Part shown: in pieces, positions 1-13,595 of the stretch | Position numbering within the stretch: position 1 is the stretch's first letter | Layout: each line of letters starts with the position of its first letter | Program-made: the position numbers and the translations under genes | Notes under the pieces: generated by a model | Seen by the model: only the letters and a program-made list of their open reading frames with translations | Database searches by the model: none | Told to the model about the DNA's origin: nothing | Origin: Octopus vulgaris | Lineage: Eukaryota | Assembly (NCBI GenBank): GCA_951406725.2 | Contig: OX597823.1 | Coordinates: 11,904,001 to 11,968,000, forward strand | Length of the DNA stretch: 64,000 bases | Reading direction: 5' to 3'

Positions 1-652
1 ACAGCAAAAGTAATAATTTTCGCGTCATCATAACCAACGCCGCCATCTCAACAGCACATGCAGCAGCAGCAGCTGCTGTGACGACGACAACAACAACAAC
101 AACAGCAAATAAAATGTAAGGGCAACAACAACATCAGGAGCAGCAGCCTTGTCAGCGTCGTCGTCGTCGTCGTCGTCAGTAACATTGTTATAGTCGCCAT
201 TGCGATTATAACAAATTGTTGACGTCACTCTACCGCCATTGTCTTCCTTCTTTCAGAGACGTGTGAGTTGTACAACAACAACAATAACAACAGCAACAAC
301 AATAACAACAGCAGCAGCAACAACAACATACCTGAAAAAAAAAAGACGTTATCCACATTAACAACAATGACAAACAGAAAACGATGACAACAACTACAAC
401 GATAGCAAAAATGGCAGCGACAACGATAATACAATAGGCGTGAATGACGAATCGATATTGTAATTAGGTTCTCATTCTCTAGCTATGATCAAAAATATAG
501 AGAGAGCGCCCCCTGGTGATAAGAGATTGGAAAAGCGACAAATATTATAGAATTTGAATATAACAAGCATGCGACAGAATGGTTAGAGAAAAAGAGTGTT
601 GACACGAAGAAAACTGTAGACTGATTAAATAAAACGAACGAAAATAGAATTA

Positions 653-705
<53 letters not shown>

Positions 706-834
706 TACATGATGTAAATGTGTGTACATGTATATACAGATATATTACACACACACACACATATATATACACGCATAAAATATATATGGGCATATGTATA
801 TATGCATACATACATACATACATACATACATACA

Positions 835-868
<34 letters not shown>

Positions 869-911
869 CACACATACATACATACATATACATTCATACA
901 TATACATATAC

Positions 912-942
<31 letters not shown>

Positions 943-1078
943 CCATAATGCATATATTTATCTAGATTAATAACATATATGTATGCCTGTATATAAGTAT
1001 GTCTGTGCACCAATGTATGTATATGTATCATATATATGTGTGCGAGCGTGTGCGTGAGTGGGTATATATGTGTATGCG

Positions 1079-1173
<95 letters not shown>

Positions 1174-1215
1174 TCATCCATCTATCTATAGCTAGACAGA
1201 TAGAATAGATAAATT
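1..1215. repeat. Compound microsatellite block: (CAG/CAA/GTC)n, (TG)n, (TACA)n, (TA)n, (TCTA)n
   Basis: Directly visible; the overlapping ORFs are low-complexity translations. Confidence 0.95.
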
Positions 1216-1554
1216 GATTGATTGATTGATTGTGTGATAGGAACATAGATATTTATATGAGTCCACACGTGTACACTTGTATAAATGTTTATATTCATAT
1301 GTATGTATTTATATACCGATTATATATATACACGAATTTTTTGCGTAATGAGATAAAAAGCCAAGGGTGTATAGATATTAGAGCATTTATAGATAGAAGG
1401 TCTTACAGCTGTTTCTAGGATATTAATTAATAATATCCCTTCATCGGAGACGGTGTGAGAGGAAAAATTAAGTCATAGTTAAGTTTCGATGTGATACAAA
1501 TTAAAGTATATATATATATATACATAATAACATAATGATATATATGCATAAATG

Positions 1555-1900
1555 GGTACAGGACGTCACCAAGTGTGTAAACAACATGAAGTACGAAAAC
1601 AAACGAGTTAAATACACAAACAACGAGAGAAGATGTAAAACGGGACAAGTAACACAAAGAAAAACCCTTCATCAGTTGTCGGCTGTCTATCTACTTCTCA
1701 TTTCAAACATTCAACGACAATATGAGATTTTGAAGACAGTTGCTCACATAAATTTCCAAATAAAATTTGGGATTTATGGAGGCTCAAAGTCGGGACAACT
1801 GATGAAGGGTTATTCATTGTATACTTGTCCTATTTTCGTATTTAATGTGCTTGTTTCGTACTTCAAGTTGTTTACACAGTTGATGACGCATCCATTTCCA
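1555..1900. mobile_element. Inverted-repeat element between (TA)n tracts, probably a pair of inverted PLE-type ends
   Basis: 1562-1680 is an imperfect reverse complement of 1795-1889. Both arms carry GACAACTGATGAAGGG...CTTGTCC. Confidence 0.55.
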
Positions 1901-1936
1901 AGTATATATATATACATACACACATGCATGTGTCTG

Positions 1937-2008
<72 letters not shown>

Positions 2009-2146
2009 TATAATAGTTGCTCGTATATATATATATATATATATATGTTGTATATTATCAAAAAAGTTATATATAAAGAGACAGTCATCGTCAAACACAA
2101 TTCATATAATACACAACGAGTCATATTCATGTATAGTGATATATAG

Positions 2147-2217
<71 letters not shown>

Positions 2218-2276
2218 AATATATATATATATATATATATATTATGTATATATATGTATATATATTATATATATAT

Positions 2277-2321
<45 letters not shown>

Positions 2322-2324
<3 letters not shown>

Positions 2325-3330
2325 ACAAAATAAGACAAAGTAGAAAATGCTAAAATAATTTTATCATGAAGAACATTTCAGTACCGGTTTCAGTCTTTGT
2401 GACTTTTTCAACTTAAAGTAAAGCATGAAAAACAATTAAATTGTAGAAAAATCAAATGAGATGTTTTTTAAAAACATTTCCATAATTTTCAAATGCAAGG
2501 GACATTTCCCTTTTTTTCTGTCTGTCTGTCCCTTTTTTACTCTTGTGGATTCTAGGTAGTTAGCAGCAGCAGTTAGTTTGATATGAATTCTTGTCTTTGT
2601 TTAAGCAGCAGTAGTAGTAGGGAAAGGAGCCGACGAAGAAGAAAAAGAAGTGGAAGTAGAAAAAGGAGGAGGAGGAGGAAGAGGAAAAGTAGATGCGGGA
2701 GTGGTATGACAGTAGTAGGATGTTGGTGGAATCCTCTTAAATGGTCAAGTGACCTAAAAGTGCCCTGTTGTGGTTGTAATAGTAGTGATTGGAATTGTTC
2801 TGAATACATCGTTTTTAATATTTGTGTGGGTATTATACTAAGGCTCTTGTGTCATTTTTGGTGGACGCATTCAAAAGGAGTTTATATTTTGTGATTTTTT
2901 ACTGATACGCTGACTACAGGTTGCATCGTCCCAATTTATAGAGGATTAAAATTCTGAAGCTGGGTTGTTCGATAGTGGCGCAAATGTAGATGTGTTCGCC
3001 GAATGCTATTTTTCTGTATCCCCGAATTTTGCTCTGGGATCTATGTAGAGCCATCCTTTGACATAGACCGTTTTTGGTTTGGTCTATATATTGCTCTCGA
3101 CATCCAGAGCAAGTTAATACATATATTAAGTTCTCTGAAGCACATGTTAAGTTGTTTTTCACTGTAAAACGTTGACCCTGTTTGAAAGAGAACTCCGATC
3201 CCTCAATTAGGTTGATGCATATATTACAGTTAGGTCTTACGCATGTTTTTACTGACGACTTTAGTGCTGTTGTCGAGCCTGCTTAGGCTTGTGTTAGGAG
3301 ACTTTCATAGATCTCGGTTGCCTTTTGCTC
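2322..3330 (-). mobile_element. Penelope-like retroelement 3' fragment: Cys-rich linker, GIY-YIG endonuclease and 3' UTR
   Basis: Minus-strand translation VKTCVRPNCNIC...KNNLTCASENLIYVLTCSGCREQYIDQTKNGLCQRMALHRSQ (ORF 2914..3162 plus upstream sequence). The 3' end carries a degenerate hammerhead-like motif and runs into (TA)n. Confidence 0.85.
2378..2414 (-). ncRNA. Degenerate minimal hammerhead-like motif in a PLE 3' end
   Basis: Minus strand: TTGAAAA-AGTC-acaaa-GACT-GAAA-CCGG-TA, with a palindromic stem III (ACCGGT). The core deviates from CUGAnGA. Confidence 0.4.
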
Positions 3331-3334
3331 TTTA

Positions 3335-3706
3335 TAATGGTGTGCGTTTGGAGGATTTTTCTTTACACTGAACTGCGTCAAGCAGAGCCGTCGGGGCCAC
3401 AGGTTGCGACACAGGTTTGGGCTGAAGAGAAATAAAACGAAGTCCGGCACGTCCCCCAGTCAACTGGAGAAGGTCTTGCAACGCAATGAATAGCACAGAT
3501 CGCATAAGTCCGTAATTCAACAGAGAGAATACAAAAGAGTAAATGAGAGGCGTCACTTCTCAGTTGCATCATGTAGCTTAACATGCAGCAGCTGTCATCG
3601 TTGCTGCAGATCAAGATGCAGGCCTTGTGGCCCACATGCAATCCTGCCAGAGATGAAATCTGAACAGAACAGTCAACGTCAGTCTACAACGGACAGCCGA
3701 CGACGT
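3335..3706 (+). mobile_element. Decayed RTE-clade LINE 3' end
   Basis: Frameshifted FLYTELRQ, then a C-terminal zinc finger TCSSCHRCCRSR/GLVAHMQSC and a short 3' end finishing GGACAGCCGACGACG. Confidence 0.55.
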
Positions 3707-3810
3707 GCACCACACACTCACACACACACATGCACACACACACACACATACACACACACGTACACATACGCACACATACACACTCACGTACACATACACA
3801 CACAAACACA

Positions 3811-4199
3811 TACCTATTTCTTTACTATCTACAAGGGGCTAACCACAGAGGGGAGAAACAAGGTTAAGTCGATTATATCGACCCCAGTGCATAAATGGTA
3901 CTTATTCAATTGACCCCGAAAGGATGAAAGGCAAAGTCGACCTCGGCGGAATTTGAACTCAGAACGTAGCGGCAGGCGAAATACCTATTTCTTTACTACA
4001 GAGAGGACAAACAAGGACAGACAAACGGATTAAGTCGATCATATCGACCCCAGTGCGTAACTGGTACTTAATTTATCGACCCCGAAAGGATGGAAGGCAA
4101 AGTCGACCTCGGCGGAATTTGAACTCAGAACGTAGCGGCAGGCGAAATACCGCTAAACATTTCGCCCGGCGTGCTAACCTTTCTGCCAGCTCGCCGGCC
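3811..4199 (-). mobile_element. SINE type A, tandem dimer (head plus 2 body units)
   Basis: Two copies of the GACCCCGAAAGGATG(G)AAGGCAAAGTCGACCTCGGCGGAATTTGAACTCAGAAC body. The head GGC..GAGCTGGCAGAA is at the 4199 end. Confidence 0.9.
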
Positions 4200-4479
4200 T
4201 TTATTAAGAAAGCCATTATAGTAGAAGCTGTAGATAGGGTGTACAAAAGGAGTTCAAGTAATGGTGACACGTGATGCAAATATATATATCTAAGCAATAT
4301 AACTGAAGTTCTGTACGTATAGGGTGCATATATCCAGTGTTAAGCTATAAGTCATAAAAATGAAAAACATGTTAAAATCGGATTCCTTAATCGCATTAGT
4401 TCTTATAGATGAACTATAAATTGTGTGAACTGTATTCACAAGGGGAACTCCACTTATACGTATATGTGTATTATGACAA

Positions 4480-5320
4480 AGCATGTATGTATGCATGTAT
4501 ATGTGTATGTTTGTGTGTTTGTATGTTATAAATGTATGTATGCATTAATATGTGTACATATAAGTATGTACTTATGTATGCATGTATGTATGTACTTATG
4601 TATGTATGCATGTATGTATGTATGCATGTTTGTGTATGTACGTATGTGTGTATGAGTATGTGTGTATGTGTGTGTGAGTGTATGTATGTATGTGTGTGTA
4701 TGTAGGCATGAATGTATGTACATATATGTATGTACGTATGTATGTATGTATGTATGTGTGTGCATGTATATATGTACTTATGCATGTATGCATGTATGTG
4801 TGCGTGTTTGTGTATGTACGTATGTGTGTATGAGTATGTGTGTGTATGTGTATGTTAGTGTGTGTATGTATGTATGTATGTATGCATATATGTATGTATG
4901 TGTGTGCATTATATATGTACTTATGTATGTATGTGTGAGTGAGTGTATGTATGTATGTATGTGTGTGTATGTAGGCATGAATGTATGTACATATATGTAT
5001 GTACGTATGTATGTATGATGTATGCATGTATGCATGTATGTGTGTGCATGTATATATGTACTTATGCATGTATGCATGTATGTGTGCGTGTTTGTGTATG
5101 TACGTATGTGTGTGTATGTGTATGTTAGTGTGTGTATGTATGTATGCATGTATGTATGTATGTGTGTGTATGTATGTATACATGAATGTGTGTACATATA
5201 TGTATGTACGTATGTATATATCAATGTAAGTGTGTGCATGTATGTATGTACTTATGTTTGTATGCATGTATGTTTGTATGTATGCGTGTTTGTGTGTGTA
5301 TATATGTGTGTATGTGTGTA
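4480..5320. repeat. Degenerate (TG/TATG)n tract with higher-order repeats
   Basis: GGCATGAATGTATGTACATATATGTATGTACG recurs near 4705 and 4974, with a variant near 5181. Confidence 0.85.
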
Positions 5321-5321
5321 G

Positions 5322-5553
5322 GGCGGCGAGATGGCAGAAACGTTAGCACGCCGGGCGAAATGCTTAGCAGTATTTCGTCTGGTGCTACGTTCTGAGTTCA
5401 AATTCCGCCGAGGTCGACTTTGCCTTTCATCCTTTCGGGGTCGATAAATTAATTGTACCAGTTACGCACTGGGGACGATGTAATCGACTTATTCCGTTTG
5501 TCTGTCCTTGTTTGTCCCCTCTGTGTTTAGCCCCTTGTGGGTAGTAAAGAAAT
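5322..5553 (+). mobile_element. SINE type A, monomer
   Basis: GGCGGCGAGATGGCAGAAACGTTAGC head, B box GAGTTCAAATTCC, tail GGGTAGTAAAGAAAT. Confidence 0.92.
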
Positions 5554-6551
5554 ATGTATATATGTGTGTATGAGTATGTGTGTGTATATATGAATGTATT
5601 TATATGTTCTCTTCTGTATTTAATCATTTAAATTCTTCCTCTGAAGAAGGAGCTGGTTTATAACAATGATACAAGACTTCATTCCTGGAATATAGATAAC
5701 AAAAATAATGTCACATTTTAAATTTGAGTAAAGTTTTGGATATTTTTTACTGATCTACTTACAGATTATATTTGTAATGTGCGAGTTGGTTGATTTCTTT
5801 TTCTGAACACCGTAGCTTATCCAGATTGTCACTTAGGCAACTAGTTACAAAACGAAGGACACCAATTATTATTGCTATAAATGTGAAGTTATAATCTGGA
5901 TTTAGAAGCTGGAGGTTTCGAAGCAGTTGTCAATAATTGATTTTCGAAGAGATATATCAGCAGGAAAGCTGACCCCTATGACATGCTTTCTCTTGTCTGT
6001 CTCAAATAACAATATCCGGCCTGTTATGTTTACACTTGACGAAATGTTCCACCAGTATTCCTTGTGTCGATGTATGTATATATGTCATTATTCAGTTTTA
6101 TTTCAAGATTTCTCGCCAATAGAGAAAGGGTCGATTTCTAACCTAAATTCAAGGCTTCTTCATTGGAATTTCAACATCAACAACAGGGAATTTTTGTTTG
6201 CACGTATGTATGTATGTATGTATGTATGTATGTATGTATGTATGTATGTATGTATGTATGTATGTATGTACATATTTATATGCATGTATGTATGTATGTA
6301 TGTATGTATGTATGTATGTATGTATGTATGTATGTATGTATATCTGCAGATTTGTATGTTTTGCTTTATGTATGCATTTTCATGCATATCTAGACATGCT
6401 CGTATGTATTCAAATTATAAACTCCTGGCAAGTTTTACAGATCTTTACAGTTCCAGTGATGGATTGGATCTGTAGTATTCGAATTAGTTTTCTCCTTTCT
6501 GGTTTTTGAGAAGCCTCATTTCACAAGATTGGTATTTAGGCAGTGTGTTAC

Positions 6552-6582
<31 letters not shown>

Positions 6583-6604
6583 TGTATGCATGCATGCATG
6601 TATG

Positions 6605-6766
6605 CACTAGTGCAGCTAGTGTGTGTGCCGCCCGGGCCGGCCATTCAGTTTGTAGCCCCCGGACCCCACAAAAAACACATATTGCGTACAGCAGACCCCA
6701 AAGTGGTATCCCTTTAAAAGTGCCTCCCGGGGCGGACCGCCCTGACCGCACCTAGTTACGCTAGTG
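6605..6766. mobile_element. hAT-like MITE inserted in (TATG)n
   Basis: Imperfect 15-bp TIRs CACTAGTGCAGCTAG / CTAGTTACGCTAGTG and subterminal TGCC.CCCGGG motifs. The 8-bp flanks are CATGTATG and TATGTATG. Confidence 0.65.
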
Positions 6767-6847
6767 TATGTATGTACGCATGTATGTATGTATGTATGTA
6801 TGTATGTATGTATGTATGTATGTATGTATGTATGTATGTACGTACAT

Positions 6848-7090
6848 AGCTATGCCTTCCCATGTGTCAGGAGAGATGCAAGCATCTCTTAAGGATGCCT
6901 TCAGCAAGTCCTTATACCTCTTTTTGGTTTATGTGGAGGTCATTCTCCTTTAGCTAACTCTCCATAAAGGAGTTGTTTTGGCATCTTTGAATCCTTCATC
7001 CTGACCAGATGACCACTCCATCTGAGCCTTTGCTTTAACATAAGATCTTCTATACTTTCACACCAAGAGCCTTCCAATATTTCAAGATCA
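6848..7090 (-). mobile_element. RTE-clade LINE ORF C-terminal relic
   Basis: Minus translation SIEDLMLKQRLRWSGHLVRMKDSKMPKQLLYGELAKGE*PPHKP/KRYKDLLKASL...PDTWE. Confidence 0.88.
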
Positions 7091-7899
7091 CTGATGCAGT
7101 CGTTGGTTATGATGACTCGAAAATTATTACTTTTGCTGTTGATACATTAATGGTAACCAAGACGACAAATGGTAACCAATATAAGAATTACTAAGAAATT
7201 TGTATGTTATGTAAGACGATGACAATACTATTTTCACTTCAATTGGTCTTTACATTTGAATCCAAGATCTACTTCGCTCTCATGGGAAGGCTCGAGATGC
7301 TCCTCCTTTTAGCTATGTAAAGTGGCTAATAAAAAACTACTGTGGGACAAAGTTCACCGAAACTTAAACAATTTTACCGCAAAAAGCTTCAGAGAAAATG
7401 GCTGTCACGGATAGCATTTGTTACTCCCTTTCTTGAAGTGCGAACCGATCTTCTCGAAATGCTGAGGACCGGCCAGATATGCCATCTGTGAAACCGATAA
7501 TTATGTAGACAAAGTACTAAATCATGAAACTATCGTATATCTCCACAGGTAACTGAATCAATGGTAGAGTATATTGTTCCAGTATTTCTAAGTAGTCGTC
7601 GAGCAACAAGTCGTTCTTAACGCGATTAAGGAAAACACCAGATACTCTCATGTTAATATTATTGGTGATATTCTGGAGAGAACATGGAATCATCAACAGT
7701 AGGCTGATATGGAAATAGAACTTCTTACAAGATGCGCAGGAATAATTAACTTTAATCGCACACAAAATGATTTGTTTTAACGGCGCAGAAGCCACCTTCC
7801 AAGTATCGCATATACGATGCTTGATGAGTGGACCAAGAAGTTATTTATGTCTGCACGCGACTATATTGGTATCTAAAGTAATTAACAAAACATTGTACA

Positions 7900-8477
7900 C
7901 TAGCAGTATAAGCCAGCTTTGCCCGGGATTAAGTTAGGATTATTAAACTAGTCAAGTTCTTTATGCACCAAACTTTCAAACCAAACTAAGTAACATCGAC
8001 GTCAAATTTGGACGAAATCCGTTGAAATTGGTTTATATATATGGGCAACACACACACACACATACACACACGTACGTACGTACACCTGTTGCATACATGT
8101 TTTTGTACGCATACATGTTCGTGTGTGTGTGTGTTGCCCGTATATCAACAAAATACTTTTTTCCTCGATGGAAAAACAACAACAAAAGCCTTAACAAAAA
8201 CCTATTCGTCGCTAGAAGGGGACTTAATTCTGGTTTGCAAACAATGGTGATTCCTCCGACTTGAAAATTGTTAAGAGTTTTGGTTGAAAATTTAGTTTTA
8301 CTGCTATTCGCTGGTGCCTCTGGGAAAAATAAGTTAGCTAAAACACAGCTAGCGTCACGATGAATGTCCTCCAAAAATTGGAGCGACGTGCGTGCTAATT
8401 TGTGGACGTGCATAAATTACATTCACGTACACACATACACACACACACTCACACATCCTGCCTTTTATATATACAGA
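7900..8477 (-). mobile_element. Non-autonomous Helitron
   Basis: Minus strand starts TCTGTATATATAAAAG and ends with a degenerate GC hairpin plus CTAG, inserted between A and T. Same architecture as 59967-60363. Confidence 0.7.
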
Positions 8478-8934
8478 TACTCGCTTACCAGTGATTACTT
8501 ATACTTCCAGCTGCCAACGAGAATCATAACATTATACTTGATACTATTTAACCCTCCATGAAGACAATAACCCTTATATAAGCAACCACTCTTAAAAGTG
8601 AAACATACCCAAGAACTTCATTCGGAATGCCCCTCCTTTTCTTTTTCTTTTCTCTCCATATGGACTTTTGAATATGCGTATTCAATTGTTCTTACACCAT
8701 GAGGTCATTATGTGATTCTCTTATCTTAATCTCAATCATCAATAATATTATCTTCAACAATATTTTGATCAGCAATAATCTTTATTGTCAATAATATTTT
8801 CATTATTATATTACTTTTATTATTTTGATCATTTTACCATTTTTATTATGAACGTTATTATTATCTCGGCTTGGTATTATGATCAATATTGATTTTATGA
8901 ATATTAATGTCATTGCCAATAGCTTTACTGCCAC

Positions 8935-9106
8935 TATAATGATCTTCATCGTCGCCGCCGCCGCCGCCGTCGTCGTCATCGTCGTCGCCGTCATCATCGT
9001 CGTCGTCGTCGTCGTCGTCGTCATCATCATCATCATCATCATCGTCATTATCATCATCATCACCACCATCATCACCACCACCACCACCACCACCACCACC
9101 ACCACC

Positions 9107-9140
<34 letters not shown>

Positions 9141-9176
9141 TCATCTTCATCATCACCATCATCATCATCATCATCA
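8935..9176. repeat. (GTC)n/(ATC)n/(ACC)n trinucleotide block
   Basis: Directly visible; abuts the 3' end of the adjacent LINE relic. Confidence 0.95.
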
Positions 9177-10570
9177 GTTTGCGGTTAAGCTGCTGCATTG
9201 ATGTTACCGTTTTAATTATGCTTCCTATCGGAACACCACACGTGGTCTGGGATGAGAAGCATTTTTGTCCCTTCTATAAAAGTTGTTTTTTTTTGTTTTA
9301 ATTAATTCAGTTGATATCGTCCTTTAGTTTGTATCGAAGAATTTCCAGATAATTCTTAGTGAACCAAAGAAACAGATTTTATACTCTGTACCCACACCCA
9401 GATTAAGAGGTTTAGCTTTCCAAGATTTGCTCTCAAATTCTTTGTTAGCATTTCCAAGGCTCAAAGATAACTGGCAGGATCATGACCTTCTTAATTTCTT
9501 TGTTCCAGCATTTGAGAACTTCTTAATTCAACCTGGTATAACACTCTTCTTTTCCATTTTTTTCCCTGATTCTGATATCAAATAGGATTGCCACGACAAT
9601 TACTAAACTTAGTTTCTTCTTAATGAAATTGCAATATCTGGTTTGTTGTGTTCGAATCCCCTTGCTGTTCCTATAAAAAGTCCAATCGCAACCTTAGTTC
9701 CTTGCGTTCAAGAACTTTCATTCTTGTTCCTTCAAAATGGTCACAGTTCCCTTAAGTGTATGTAAAACATAGCCTCTTGCAAAAATTGCAGTGAATTATT
9801 GTAGTAACCTTACCATGTCGACACTTTTCACATTCGTTTTGAACTGTGTGCGTTCTAATATTGGTAATCAGTGAGGGCGCGTGGCTTAGTGGTTAGGGCA
9901 TTCGGCTCATGATCGTAAGGTTGTGAGTTCGATTCCCGGCGACGCGTTGTGTCCTTGAGCAAGACACTTTATTTCACGTTGCTCCAGTCCACTCAGCTTG
10001 CAAAAATGAGTTGTACTTGTATTTCAAAGGGTCAGCCTTGTCACTCTCTGTGTCACGTTGATTATCCCCGAGAACTACGTTAAGGGTACACGTGTCTGTG
10101 GAATGCTCAGCCATTTGCACGTTAATTTCACGAGCAAGCTGTTCCGTTGATCGTATCAGCTGGGACCCTCGTCGTCGTAACCGGCGGAGTCTTTTAATAT
10201 TGGTAATAGTCTCATTTGTATCACCTCATTTTTCGCATTTGGGAGAGCGGTCCTGCATACTTAGAAGGCATATGGCTAGTTCCACGCTCGTGGATCAGGC
10301 TTTGCTTCGAATAATTCAAGAAATAATTTACTCTTATGACCTGTTACTGAATCGCAAAAACGTTATTCCTTCGTACTCTTTCTTCATGATACATCTTTAA
10401 GCAAAGCCAATTGTCATCCCTTATCTCTTTTCTCTTCTTCAGAAACACTTAATAAATTTCAGCCCTCCTTTTTTCACATTTTCTTTTGAGGTCCGCCAAC
10501 TTTGCCCTTCACTCAACTCCTTTAAAGGTAATTTCTTTCTCTTCTAAATAAAATCCTGACTTGTTTTCCC
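9177..10570 (-). mobile_element. R4/Dong-like (RLE-type) non-LTR retrotransposon 3' relic, interrupted by a SINE
   Basis: Frameshifted minus translation NWLCLK..MKKEYEG..FAIQ*QVIRVNY...ETITNI...RHGKV...HNKPDI...ILFDIRIREK...MILPVI, matching a decayed CCHC knuckle and PD-(D/E)xK endonuclease. It runs into (TGA)n. Confidence 0.78.
9869..10194 (+). mobile_element. SINE type D head with tail X
   Basis: A box TGGCTTAGTGG, B box GAGTTCGATTCC. 13-bp TSD TAATATTGGTAAT at 9856-9868 and 10195-10207. Confidence 0.93.
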
Positions 10571-10598
10571 TTTTCATGCAACCTATTCAATGCTTATT

Positions 10599-10810
10599 GT
10601 GGAGGCGCATGTCTTAGTGGGTAGGGTGTTGAACTCATGATCGTAAAATTGTGGTTTCGATTCCTGAACCGTTTATGCTCTTGATGCTTTATGTTTTTGA
10701 GAAAAGCACTTCATTTCATGTTGCTTCAGTCCACTCAGCTGGTAAAAAAAGGGATAGTCCTGAGATGAACTGGCGTCCCGTCCAGGGACGCATATATATG
10801 CCAGAGAAAT
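10599..10810 (+). mobile_element. SINE type D head with tail Y, diverged
   Basis: GGAGGCGCATGTCTTAGTGG head, CAGTCCACTCAGCT body, ACTGGCGTCCCGTCCAGGG tail. Confidence 0.8.
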
Positions 10811-11159
10811 CTAAGATTCTCTTAGGGCTCTTACCATCCAATTACTAAAACACACATACGCTCACACACACGCACAGGCACAAACACACACATATGCACA
10901 CACACACATACACACACATCTACAAACACGAAGTTATTTGAATTATTAATTGCTAAAATCCTAGATTACCGAAGCAGACTTAGAGCAGAGGGGACTTATC
11001 ATTGAAGAGCTCACAAATGGTAACGAAAGGACTTTGACAAACCAATCTGACTGATTAATCAAATGATTAATCAAGCAACGAATTAGTTAACTGGTTAAAG
11101 AGTTAACCAATTGACAAATAAATAATAAAGAAGTGAAACAGAATCAATACATGTATTTG

Positions 11160-13595
11160 CTATTGGCATAAAGACCTTCCCGAGATACAACAAAATATCT
11201 GGGATTTCATTTTGTCAGCAGTTCTTTGCGTGCCTTCATGCAATGCTTTGTATGCTATGTTCGAAATCGATATTTTGAGCAGTTTCCGATTCGATGTCCA
11301 GTCGGAGAATTAAGGCCACCAAATAACCACGAGACACATATGTTCTAAAATAGTTCTTTATTAGTTTAAATCTATTGACTCAATGTCTGCTGAGACTAAG
11401 GTTGTAATTACTGTGATAGAAAAAAACTGAGGGATATGCAAATATTTGTAACAATGCTTTGAAAACTGTAATTGCATATTTTGAGTAAATGAATGGATTT
11501 AAGTCGTATTCCCCCAGAGTTGTAATACTGAACAATAAATTTTACGTTGGTTAATTCGTTTAAAAGTTCTTTGCTATTTACACTAATATTGCAAATTTCT
11601 GCAAATGAAACGCAGATTGTAGTCTAAGAATTATCCATATAGTCATGTTTTTCCCAAGGAACGAAAAAGTATGAGAAATTTTCATGGTAGCTTCAAAACT
11701 TGTCAGATCGCAAATGATAAACTCGACAATGATATAGAAACAGATGTCCAAAATAAGAAATTGTGCAGTCCCATCGTGTAGCTTTCATTATTTGATTGGT
11801 TCTCGTCAGAAAATTTATTTTGCTTCTTTCTGTTTAAGTGTATTTTAATTTTAATTAACTGGCTGTTAGTGACATATTTTGATTTTATCAGCAACGTGTC
11901 AAATTGATCCTGCAGTTTCTATAGATTTTCTCTGGTTCTCCACTTCATTATCAGCAGTGGTATCTCTTGCTGATAAAAATCTGTTGTGAGTGTTAATGGG
12001 AGCAAGATTATCAAAAGAGATGGTTGAATGAGTAAGACTCGGAAATAGGAAGTGAATTTAATAGTTCTTATTATTTCCTTTGCGGTTTTGGTATTAAGTT
12101 ATATTTCAGAACATTCTGCTGGGCCATGTTCATGCCATCAAGATTTGATGCAAGCGTTTTGACGCTACTAATTTTACGTATTGGGTTGCTGACATAAATA
12201 TAATGATTAACAGCCTCCGTGTGTCACAAGAAATCAACTTCTTTTTTTCTTTTTGGACTATAACAAATGATACAGACGCTTTCAGTAGTTCCGGATAAGG
12301 TAACTACTTCAATCACATCATTATACTGAATCCGTGCCAGACAAATTAAATGTTTGGCATCAACATAGTGAGGGAATAGCGATAGAATTTCTTAAATACT
12401 CTTTGTATTTTCTCGTACATGGCTGACATCTTAGCTCAATTGTCATAGCCCTGACTTCGGCACCCTTCCAATAGAATGTAATGTTGACTTAATGTTTTTT
12501 TAATAAGGTTTGTAATCTCGGGAACTGTTTTGTCTCGACAGCTTTAAAAAGATAAAAATCTCTCTTGAATCACCTATAATTCATAATCTATCTTTTGAAG
12601 GTGACGTGTGATAAATATTATCTGTTCAACATGTGTAGAAGTAAGAGTTGCATCTACTATTATTGAACAGTATTTTGCCTTTGACTATTCTGTGAGAATG
12701 TTTTTCAAAACAAGAGGAGAAAGAGAAATAAATTCAGTTTGTGATTCAATTAACGTGCTTTCAGTTTTTACCCTTTTCATGGCTTTCTTTGACCTTCTTG
12801 ATATGAATTTCAGGTTTGGGATCCCGATGAGTAAAAGTTTAAACCAACCCAAGTAATTACTGCTGTAACATCGCCACTCGGATAACAGACACTTTGGAAA
12901 TCCGAATCCCCTTTCAACCCAAATAAAATAATTTCAATTGGACGGTACAAAAGGTTAGCCCAGTTAACTTCTGCTTCAGTGTTTGTGCAGAAAAAGGTTC
13001 CATACGGTAGACCATCCATTCTCTGTTGTCAAAGCTGGCGAATTAACCCCGCCTTTCCCAAAGATTTGACAGGATAAACAAAGTATGGTTTCTATCTTGA
13101 CACTCGATAGTAGCCAGTCTCGCTTAGTTATTTCACTGTTGTGATTCCTGTGTTTAAAAGTTACAGCTGAAAAATACTTCTCGCAGTCGCATGTAAATGT
13201 TTTGTGTAAAAGAATATGTCCTTTCCGCACTTAATTTTCAATGTTTTCTATACTCTATACATTAAATTTCCAACAACAAAGTAATGATGACTTTCATTTT
13301 GTTCTTCTTCATAACCTAGTTGAAATTAATGATATCCTTTTAATTTTTGTATGTGATTTCTTCGGCACTGTAGTTGGTTCATGACCAAACAGTTTTAGTC
13401 TAAGGTTTAGAAGTAGTCCCTTTTGTTTTCTGCTTGTCGTTGAGCAAACAGTTCAGATTACGCTGATAAATATTTATCCTTTAGCTTTCTTTTAGAAGTA
13501 GCACCCACATCCAGCAAAGACCTCTTTCTTTTGCGTCGTCGTTCATTTCTTGGTTTTATTTCTTTGCGTTTGTGATCCCAACTTGCTGCTGAGTA
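11160..13595 (-). pseudogene. Decayed hAT transposase (TTF zinc finger / ZMYM1-like, Tip100-type)
   Basis: Minus-strand motifs in the expected order: KRDWLLSS..ILCLSCQIF; AKYCSIIVDAT...HVEQIIFITRHL; IQERFLSF; CRSQGYDN*AKMSA; KLIKNYFRT...DIESETAQNIDF. Many stops and frameshifts; no TIRs found. Confidence 0.88.

Noticed and set aside
7400-7860. Possible Tc1/mariner transposase remnant (YLEILEQYTLPLI)
   Set aside because: Only one short motif; no DDE/D context or TIRs recognised.
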